A stretch of 33,741 nt of DNA from Candidatus Fermentibacterota bacterium (GTDB lineage Bacteria > JAFGKV01), in the NCBI GenBank assembly GCA_016928395.1, contig JAFGKV010000263.1:1-33741 (forward strand), in the 5' to 3' direction. Under the pieces are notes generated by a model, which did no database searches, was not told where the DNA came from, and was given only the letters and a program-made list of their open reading frames with translations. Below, piece after piece: positions 26,653-33,741 of this stretch. A program made the translations under genes and the position numbers. How positions within the stretch are numbered: position 1 is the first letter of the stretch; every line of letters begins with the position of its first letter.

Positions 26653-28257
26653 CTACCGCCCGGGGAGCACGGCCACGTAGTCAAACTCCCCCGCCATGCC
26701 GGATGAGGCCGACTCATTCGCCGCGGCATCCACGGCACTCACCCGCCAGAAGTAGTTGGTAGTGACGTTCCCCACGACGTCCGCGCCTGCGGTGTTCTGA
26801 TCAGTCCACTGCACGCCGGGCATCCCGGAGTTCTCATCGGTAATCGCGGTGGCGATCCGTGTCATGGCCGTCGTCGGCAGGAATGCCTCGGCACCACGGT
26901 ACACATGGTACCCGGCCAGATCGCCGTCCGGATCAGTGGAGGGGTTCCAGGACAGGCGAATCCAGTCAGCCATCACCTCCGTGGTCAGCCCGGACGGCGC
27001 CGTCGGCGGGGTCGACCCCACCACCTCCGCGGCGTAGGAGAACTGCCCCTGAGCGCCGGCAAAGAGCCTGAGATTGTGCACCACGAGGATGACTCGCTGG
27101 AGCGATGAGAATCCGGTGAGAGTGGTGTCGCCCTGGCCTGAAGATGGATCGAGACCGAAGAGGCCATAGGCCGAGCCGCCCTCATGCACCGCGATGACGC
27201 CGGCGCTCCACGGCCCCTGCGCATCGGATCCATCCACCGAGATGTGGAGCGACTCGCCCCCATCGTTCAGAAACTCCACATAGTTCGCCCCCAGGCCATA
27301 GGGGGCCGCGAGGCCGCTCTCGCCTGAGGAGGGGTATGACCCGTGGCTCGCCACCATGGGAACGGCGCCCGATATGAGGTCGCCCTCGGCATAGTGCAGC
27401 CCGTCGTCCCGAATGCCGCAGAGGTAGTTCCATGCCGTGAAGACCTGGTACTCTTCGGTCAGCGTGGCGCGGCCCGAGGCGGCCAGCTCATTCTCCGTGG
27501 CCGACACGACATTGTTGCCCGCGACCTCGGCGCAGCGAACCCAGATCCGCCGGATGAGGTCGGCGTCGGCGCCCGAGTCTACGAGAAACTTGGGCCACAG
27601 AAGGGCTCCGTGCTCCGTCCACCCGTCGGACACATAGAGATACTTGTGGCAGTTCCCCAGGTAGGATCCCGTGCGCAAAGCCCACCTATTCGCCCCGGGA
27701 GCCACCAGCTCCTCGATCCACCCGGCGCTTTGCTCCATCCATGCCCCCAGCTCATTGGCCGAGTAGGCATACTGGCATGCTTGGTGGACATGGTGGGCCA
27801 CCGCCGCGCTCTGTTCGTCTCCGGTCATGCCCGTGGCCAGCACGATGAAGCTGGTCGCGTCATCCGGGTAGCCGCCCGGGATGGAGGCTTCAAGCTGTGT
27901 GTACCCCGAGACATCTGTTCCCAATCCCTTGAGGTACACGTCGTAGCGCGAGTCTCCTCCTCCGGAACCGTCCCCCGGCGGGGGGAGCCACCCGAAGCCC
28001 GTGAACACCTGCCGGGCCGTATCGGCCCACTGGGCAGCCTCGGATGCATATACGGCGGTGGTCGCATCGGCCCCGGTGGTGGTAAAGTGCACCAGAAAGT
28101 GCCCACCTGGGCTGGGGACTAGTTGCTCAGAGCCCGAGAGCCCCGGCCGGTCCCTGGCGGGCGACCGATGGGTCAGGGTCAGGGAGCGCCGCCCCTCTCC
28201 CGGATCTCCCACCGCCAGCACCCCCACCAGGAGCCCCAAAGCGAAGGACATGGTCAT
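26653..28257 (-). CDS. Secreted MXAN_6640-like metalloprotease homolog with degenerate Zn motif and C-terminal FN3-like module
   Basis: ATG 28257 overlaps the add stop. Signal peptide, HFLVHFT, GGDSRYDVYL, AHHVHQACQYAY at the HExxH position, WMEQSAGWIEE, FTAWNY. Confidence 0.7.
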   Translation of the reverse strand: MTMSFALGLLVGVLAVGDPGEGRRSLTLTHRSPARDRPGLSGSEQLVPSPGGHFLVHFTTTGADATTAVYASEAAQWADTARQVFTGFGWLPPPGDGSGGGDSRYDVYLKGLGTDVSGYTQLEASIPGGYPDDATSFIVLATGMTGDEQSAAVAHHVHQACQYAYSANELGAWMEQSAGWIEELVAPGANRWALRTGSYLGNCHKYLYVSDGWTEHGALLWPKFLVDSGADADLIRRIWVRCAEVAGNNVVSATENELAASGRATLTEEYQVFTAWNYLCGIRDDGLHYAEGDLISGAVPMVASHGSYPSSGESGLAAPYGLGANYVEFLNDGGESLHISVDGSDAQGPWSAGVIAVHEGGSAYGLFGLDPSSGQGDTTLTGFSSLQRVILVVHNLRLFAGAQGQFSYAAEVVGSTPPTAPSGLTTEVMADWIRLSWNPSTDPDGDLAGYHVYRGAEAFLPTTAMTRIATAITDENSGMPGVQWTDQNTAGADVVGNVTTNYFWRVSAVDAAANESASSGMAGEFDYVAVLPGR

Positions 28258-29252
28258 GGGTGATCCCCAGGGGGTGACCCAGCGGGATTGATGAAGCTGA
28301 ACTCCCGGGCTTCGCGGTGGATGCGGGCCACTTCCTCCATCCCGACTTCTTCCGCCACCAGCTCGCTTTCGTGTACGATGTCCGTACGGGAAACCGTGGC
28401 ATTGTCGACACAGATAGCCACGGGGACCCCCTGCTCGAGAAACCGAAAGATCGGATGCCGGGTGCCCCGAGCCACTGCGCCGGTCTGGTAGTTGGAGGTG
28501 ATGCAGCATTCGACCAAAATGCGGTCTCGGGCGAGACGCTGAATCAGGGTCGTATCCTGCAGGGCGGAACAGCCGTGCCCGATGCGCCTCGCTCCCAGTT
28601 CGTCGACGGCCTCCCACACCGCGCGGGGGCCCTCGTCCTCACCGGCATGCACCGTCAGCCCCAGCCCTCCCTGGCGGGCAAGGAGAAAGGCCTCCCGGAA
28701 CAGGCTCGGCGGATTGCCCCGCTCTGCTCCCGCGATGTCGAAGCCGACCACGCCGGATCGCGTGTGAAACTGCTGGCCTTCGGCGATGGCCTGCCGGGCT
28801 AGGATTTTGGCAATATGGGGACCATGCTGCCGCATGGCGATCACGATGAGGCCAACCTGCATGCCGTACGCCGCGCGGGCGTGGTTCATGCCGCTGAGCA
28901 CTGCCCGGATTGCCTGGCGCACTGTCAGGCCGGCATAGGTATGGACTATCGGAGAGTACCGCAGTTCCGCGACTGTGACACCCAAACCCGCCAGGCGATC
29001 GAGGATGGCGATGGTGGCGGCCTGGATATTCTCGTAGAACTGGGTGATCCAGAGGGGGTAGCTGAACTTGTCAAGGTATGCCAGCAGCGATGCCTCATCC
29101 TCGGGCTGCATGGTGAGCAAACGCTCGGTCTCTTCCAGGGTGGGCCGGGGATTGAGGCCATACTCGGTCATGAGTTGCCAGGTCAGCTCCAGGGGGATCG
29201 ACCCGTCCAAGTGCAGGTGCAATTCGGTCTTCGGCAAGGCAAGAAGATCCAT
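28254..29252 (-). CDS. add: Adenosine deaminase family protein
   Basis: LPKTELHLHLDGS, AELRYSP, GFDIAGAE, TVHAGE, RIGHG, CITSN, VDN. AGGAG RBS. Confidence 0.9.
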   Translation of the reverse strand: MDLLALPKTELHLHLDGSIPLELTWQLMTEYGLNPRPTLEETERLLTMQPEDEASLLAYLDKFSYPLWITQFYENIQAATIAILDRLAGLGVTVAELRYSPIVHTYAGLTVRQAIRAVLSGMNHARAAYGMQVGLIVIAMRQHGPHIAKILARQAIAEGQQFHTRSGVVGFDIAGAERGNPPSLFREAFLLARQGGLGLTVHAGEDEGPRAVWEAVDELGARRIGHGCSALQDTTLIQRLARDRILVECCITSNYQTGAVARGTRHPIFRFLEQGVPVAICVDNATVSRTDIVHESELVAEEVGMEEVARIHREAREFSFINPAGSPPGDHP

Positions 29253-29398
29253 GGCGTCTCCTGGGAAAGTACCGGCGAAAAATGAGAACCTGTCGTGAAT
29301 AACGAGCCTCCTCCCCTACCGCGCAACACGCCTGTCGCAAACACCCATGAGTGTCGGGAACGGGGCGAAATACCCGCGACGCGGTGCTTCCAGGCAAT

Positions 29399-29433
29399 GG
29401 AAACGGGTCTTCGGCCCGAAGGCCGAAGACCCG
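29399..29433 (-). terminator. Putative intrinsic terminator downstream of the 29454-30734 gene
   Basis: Perfect 13-bp stem (29404-29416 / 29421-29433) with a cUUCGg tetraloop on the minus strand, followed by only a short UUUCC tail. Confidence 0.65.
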
Positions 29434-29453
29434 CGCTGCTCAGCAGGGTGGCG

Positions 29454-30734
29454 CTAGCGCAAAACCGCCTTTGCGCTCACCACGCCTGTGTCATGGATGA
29501 GACGAACTATGTAGGCGCCCGGAGCGGCCGTCCCGCTGGGCGTCGTTCCGTCCCACTCGATCTGGCCACGACCTGCAGGCAGGCTCTGGTTGACGAGCAC
29601 GGCAACCTCATGGCCGGCCACGTCATACACCGAGAGCTTGGCCTGGCCTTCCGCCGGAATCGCCATACGGAAGATCACGCCGCCGATTGCCGCCTCGGTG
29701 GTCAGACCCAGTTCAGCGGGGCTCTCCTGAGGCACGACCACGACCACGGGCCCGTGGAAGGTCTCCAGTCCGCTGAAGCTCACATCGCTCACCCAGTACT
29801 GGAATCGGGTGCCGACGGTGACCTCGCGATCCACGAACTGATAGTCGTTGGGCGACAGAGTCGTCCCGGCGCCCGGGATCAGCCACTCATTGATCTTGGC
29901 CCGCTCGCCGTCCGAGGCCCGGTACACATTGAAGCCCAGATTCTCACTCTCTGTCTCCGTGCGCCACCTGACCTGCACCTCGCCCGGAGCCGCCACCGCG
30001 CTGAGCGAGGATAACTCGATGGGGATGAGATCTCCCGTGCATTCGTAGTCTGCCCAGATGGAGAGGCTCACCGTCGCTGAGGGGAACTCGACCCAGTTGC
30101 CCGGATAGTCCGTCCAATCCCAGCACGTGCCCGTTACCGTATTGTCGCCGACGGGGTAGACATCGTTGTCACTGTCTGTCGAGTCGAACCGGACAACGCT
30201 GATGTAGTTCTCTGCCGGCAGACAACTAAGATCGGTGCAGTTGCTCAAGGGAAGGCACGCCGACCAGAACGAGAACGCCGCACCGGGATTGGGGAGCGAG
30301 AGCCGCTGCTGGGGGCCATCGCAGATCAAGACAGCGGGAGTGTCAGGACATGCGCTGCTCGTGGCGGTACTCCAGAGCTCGGCATGGGCGAGATACTCGA
30401 TGTTGTTGCCAGTCGTATCGCCGTAGATCGCAAAAAAATAGCACACCCGCAATGGGAGGTGCGTGGTCGTCGAGCAGCATTCACATACATCCACGGAATC
30501 ATTTACTGCGCCGTACGCTTCGCCGGACCACATCACCCACGTATTGAAGTATGAGGTAGCGCCAGGGACACCCGCGGTGCACGTGTCGCCAACGTCCCGC
30601 CCGGCCGTGCCGAGGAGAGGGACCAGATTGACGATCTGATCGCTCGGGACTGCCGCGACCTCCGCAGTCCGGGGGCCGCTCTGTGCGGCGACTGCACTGA
30701 GCATCAGCAGGGAGACAACTAAGAGAACCCTCAT
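29454..30734 (-). CDS. Secreted Cys-rich protein with C-terminal FlgD-Ig/T9SS-CTD-like domain
   Basis: GAGGAGG RBS, signal peptide, PIELSSLSA...WRTETESENLGFNVYR Ig module, and tail LSVYDVAGHEVAVLV...WDGT...PGAYIVRL...KAVLR. Confidence 0.8.
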   Translation of the reverse strand: MRVLLVVSLLMLSAVAAQSGPRTAEVAAVPSDQIVNLVPLLGTAGRDVGDTCTAGVPGATSYFNTWVMWSGEAYGAVNDSVDVCECCSTTTHLPLRVCYFFAIYGDTTGNNIEYLAHAELWSTATSSACPDTPAVLICDGPQQRLSLPNPGAAFSFWSACLPLSNCTDLSCLPAENYISVVRFDSTDSDNDVYPVGDNTVTGTCWDWTDYPGNWVEFPSATVSLSIWADYECTGDLIPIELSSLSAVAAPGEVQVRWRTETESENLGFNVYRASDGERAKINEWLIPGAGTTLSPNDYQFVDREVTVGTRFQYWVSDVSFSGLETFHGPVVVVVPQESPAELGLTTEAAIGGVIFRMAIPAEGQAKLSVYDVAGHEVAVLVNQSLPAGRGQIEWDGTTPSGTAAPGAYIVRLIHDTGVVSAKAVLR

Positions 30735-31156
30735 GTGTACCTCCTCGGTGAGGGCCGGTCACCCCGCAGACGGATGCGCAACGGAGTGACACCTGCAACA
30801 GAAAGACCTACCACAATGTGAGCCCCCGGCCTCCTGGACGCAACAAGAAAGACCCGGGCTGGAAAACGTTGTCAGCTCTTCAATTGACTAGTCTGGTGCG
30901 CCGGCCACCTCGCCTCCGATCTCTCGTGGGCTCCTCCGTCCCCCCACGCCTGCTCCCCGGAGGTCCCGCAGGCATGACGTCTTGCGCATACTCCTTCGGC
31001 TCTGTCAGCCCTCGGCGGCATCAAGGCAGAGGCCATCAAGGTAGACGCCGGCATTGCCTGACGAGTGCGCGCCATTGAGATACTGCTTTGGCCAAAGATG
31101 ACAGATTCGATTCTGCTGAAGAACCCCCATACGCGCCGGGGAAGGCCCCAAACGTG

Positions 31157-31290
31157 GGGGTCATTTTGGTCGCTTCGCCTCGAGATCGTCGAGATTTGGC
31201 CCATTCTTGTGCGTCGCGTTTTCGGGTTCATTTCGAGCATTTCTCGCCATGGGGGTTTCTCAGCAGAATCTATGTTCAAGATTTGATTCC
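31157..31290. mobile_element. Candidate non-autonomous mini-element related to the RAYT upstream end
   Basis: Starts GGGGTCA, preceded by CGTG as at 33044-33053. The other end reads GGAATCAAATCTTGAACATAGATT on the minus strand, 17/24 identical to GGGGTCAAATCTTTAATCTATAAT at 33047. Confidence 0.35.
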
Positions 31291-31410
31291 AGACTGGACA
31301 CCGAAGACCCCGGCGATCCAGATCGGGCTTGACTCCGTGGGCCAATCAGCAGCCACTACCAGCGCGGGGAGGAACAGCATGATTGCACAGGTGAGGCGTC
31401 TACTGTGCAT
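31276..31410 (-). pseudogene. Truncated secreted-protein gene (44 aa, not in the ORF track)
   Basis: GAGGAGG RBS, ATG overlapping the end of the upstream gene, translation MHSRRLTCAIMLFLPALVVAADWPTESSPIWIAGVFGVQSGIKS*. The stop codon lies inside the RAYT-end-like motif. Confidence 0.5.
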
Positions 31411-32566
31411 GGCACGGCCCTCCTCGCGCTCGAATCATGTGGCAGAGATCGCCGGGATCGATCTGAAACACCAGCGTGAGAGGGTCGAGATCGAGGAAGT
31501 AGACATCAACGCCCCCGTCTCCACTGGCACTCAGCCATCTTCCGTCCGGGGAGATCAGCAGGCGAGCAAGCGACGATGTTTCCGGCGGCTTCGGCAATGC
31601 GCTCTCTTTCACCGTGGCACCTGAGATGTCCACAATGCGGATGAAGGTGCCTGAGCTTCCTTCGGAGAGCACGACGAAGGACTGCTCGTCGAACAGGAAA
31701 TCGCAGCGCACCACAAGTTCACCATCGTGGACAACGGGTTTCGACCACAGCACTGCTCCGCACAGTGGATCCCCGAGCGTGACCACGTTGCCCGACCCCC
31801 ACGTCACAAGGTACGTGCCGTGATATGAGAGCGCCGCCATCCCTCGCGGGCACCATCCCTTCGTATAGGATGGCGTGATGAGTTCCCAACGCCCATCCCT
31901 CATGACAGCGAATGATCCCTTCATTGTCGTCGCTGCGTAGGTAGACCCGTCATCCGAGACGAGCACTAGGAATACGTCTTGGGGTAGGATCCGGCTATCC
32001 GTGACGATATGTGGATCCCCTTCGAACTCGAACGGGCTCGGGCCTTCATACCGTTGCATGACATTACCCTTCGGGTCGAATACCCAGACGTCCTCAGGGT
32101 TGGGCGTCGCCCCAATCAGGTTGTTGGGGGATACCCTGAGGTCGATGAGCGCTACCGGGTCAGTGGACTCGTCAACGGCGAACGCCCGAACGGGTGGTGG
32201 GCTGACGAACCTGGCGGCAACGGTTTGCCACGCAGAAGGCAAGTCCCCCCACACTCGGGCTGGGCTTGGCGCAGCGTTGACCAGCCTCGGGGCTCTATCC
32301 GAGACCAGAGCGAACTCCTGCAATGTTGAGTCCAGCGCTGCCAAGCCGGTGATCTGCGCGAACTCGGCGAAGCGCTCAGGATTCGGCGGCGGCGAGGGAT
32401 CCTCGACTGGCTCAAACCCGAACCAATCCAGCTTCCCTGGTCCCGCATTCAGTCGAGTACAGAACAATGCGCAAAGCAGAAACCACAAGGCGAGCTGCGG
32501 ACTGCGAGCCTTGCCTCGCCTTGCCATGTGGGATCGGTCGTTCTCTCCCCTCACGAGTGACAACAT
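31400..32566 (-). CDS. Hypothetical secreted protein, probable beta-propeller (WD40/YVTN-like)
   Basis: AGGAGG RBS, hydrophobic signal LALWFLLCALFC, blade-like motifs VSDDGSTY, LSYHGTYL, ISPDGRWL. Confidence 0.6.
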   Translation of the reverse strand: MLSLVRGENDRSHMARRGKARSPQLALWFLLCALFCTRLNAGPGKLDWFGFEPVEDPSPPPNPERFAEFAQITGLAALDSTLQEFALVSDRAPRLVNAAPSPARVWGDLPSAWQTVAARFVSPPPVRAFAVDESTDPVALIDLRVSPNNLIGATPNPEDVWVFDPKGNVMQRYEGPSPFEFEGDPHIVTDSRILPQDVFLVLVSDDGSTYAATTMKGSFAVMRDGRWELITPSYTKGWCPRGMAALSYHGTYLVTWGSGNVVTLGDPLCGAVLWSKPVVHDGELVVRCDFLFDEQSFVVLSEGSSGTFIRIVDISGATVKESALPKPPETSSLARLLISPDGRWLSASGDGGVDVYFLDLDPLTLVFQIDPGDLCHMIRARGGPCHAQ

Positions 32567-33071
32567 GATTCCTCCTGGGTGAAACCCTTGTTATGTTCGT
32601 TCAGAATGAGGGCCGGCACGCTCCGTGCCTGTGAAACAGGGCCGGAGATCGCCAGATCTCGGCGTGGCCGCCATTGTGCCTCCTTCGTTCAGGAACCCAG
32701 GGCCATGCCATTGTGAGGAGACTCTCTCCCGCCTGTGCATGGCCCTGACTCGGAATGAGATGCTGTCATAGACTCTGACGTGGCGGGGCTCGGCACGGCG
32801 GGCTGCGGGGGTTATGGGAGGTCGCTAATAGGGGGATGGCGATGGAGAGGCGTGAAGCGTCACAGGGTATGGCGACGCCCCTCTGCGGCGGAGGCCGCCA
32901 GAGGCTTCTCGCAGTGTCTGAGTCTCGTCGAGAGCTGCCATTGTCTACCACCCGCGAAGCTGACTACCATATCACGGAACACCAGCACCATGCATATGCA
33001 CGAAGGAAACACCTTCCCGCCTCGTGTCAAGCACTCTCTCACTCGTGGGGTCAAATCTTTAATCTATAATC

Positions 33072-33101
33072 TTGACGCGACAGATCCTCCTCCTCTAACA
33101 T
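33072..33101 (+). promoter_or_regulatory. Putative sigma70 promoter of the transposase
   Basis: TTGACG-N18-TAACAT. Confidence 0.4.
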
Positions 33102-33154
33102 GCCTGCCAGGTCCCTTACGTGTACTCCTCTGTGCCTTCCCTCCGGAGATCGCC

Positions 33155-33695
33155 ATGGCCCGACCACTCTGCGTCGACTACCCCGGCGGCCACTACCACA
33201 TCACCGCCCGCGGCGGTGTCGGCACACAGAATCCTCACCGACGACAATGATCGGCTCGACTTCCTCGGCAGACTCCCGCAGCTCTACCAGCGCTTCGGTG
33301 TCGTCATTCATGCCTACTGCCTCATGGATACCCACTACCATCTGGAACTCGAGACCCCCGCGGGGCATCTCAGCCGCAGCATCCAATGGCTCAATGAAAC
33401 CTATGCGTCGTCATTCAACCGCCGCCATGGGAGGTCAGGCTACTTGTTCCAGGGTCGGTTCCACAGCGTCGTCATCGAGGCCGAATCCCACCTCTCGGCA
33501 CTCACTCGCTACATCCACCTGAATCCCGTGAGGGCCGGCCTGGCGGCACGTCCATGGAAGTACGTCTGGTCAAGCTGCCGGGCCTATCTGGGCATGGAGC
33601 AGCGGCCTCTGTGGCTTACGACCTCTTCGGTCTTGACTCGGTTCGGCAGGACCGCAGTGTATTGGTTCAGCGTGAACGAGACCGCAGGGATGTAG
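33155..33695 (+). pseudogene. Frameshifted REP-associated tyrosine transposase (RAYT, Y1/HUH, IS200-like fold)
   Basis: GGAG RBS and MARPLCVDYPGGHYHITARG in one frame (stop at 33250). HAYCLMDTHYHL (HUH), GYLFQGRF, RYIHLNPVRAG and YVWSS are in another frame. The shift lies within 33215-33230. Confidence 0.8.
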
Positions 33696-33741
33696 TAGTA
33701 AGGGACAAGTGGGGCCACGAGTATGGCCGCGTCTCTGCATA

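Noticed and set aside
28258-28617. 120-aa N-terminal extension of the 654-aa ORF
   Set aside because: It overlaps add out of frame, and the signal peptide begins at ATG 28257.
31019-31048. Two 15-bp tandem units CATCAAGG[CT]AGA[GC]GC
   Set aside because: Only two copies with no spacer, so not a CRISPR or iteron array.
30872-31345. 157-aa minus-strand ORF
   Set aside because: No RBS or motif, and it runs across the candidate mini-element.
1-33741. CRISPR arrays, tRNA, rRNA, tmRNA, RNase P RNA, prophage or defence genes
   Set aside because: No regularly spaced repeats or diagnostic motifs were seen by eye. A covariance-model scan was not possible.

Overview
GC-rich bacterial chromosomal segment with about 29 CDS. 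No rRNA, tRNA or CRISPR array was seen. A gingipain-like C25 protease and a protein with a FlgD-Ig/T9SS-like tail suggest an FCB-related, possibly candidate-phylum organism (inference only). Housekeeping content: dprA, an Obg-like gene, cysS-trmB-M29 aminopeptidase-ABC trio, a radical SAM-phoH-pgpH-ybeY-corC-DUF502-recO run, and add. Main observations: (1) a compact, translationally coupled spt-bCerS-cerR-like ceramide synthesis cassette after recO, plus a second, divergent bCerS-like paralog about 19 kb away; (2) two unrelated secreted proteins ending in the same ~100-120 aa FN3-like module (AVDAAxNxSxxSxxxGE), a candidate sorting or anchoring domain distinct from the FlgD/T9SS-like tail on a third protein; (3) an Obg homolog with degenerate G1, G3 and G4 motifs (candidate pseudo-GTPase); (4) a metalloprotease homolog with HExxH replaced by HHVHQ; (5) a frameshifted RAYT/Y1 transposase whose upstream motif recurs inverted 1.8 kb away, exactly where an unlisted signal-peptide ORF stops. 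All calls come from motif recognition by eye; no searches were run.
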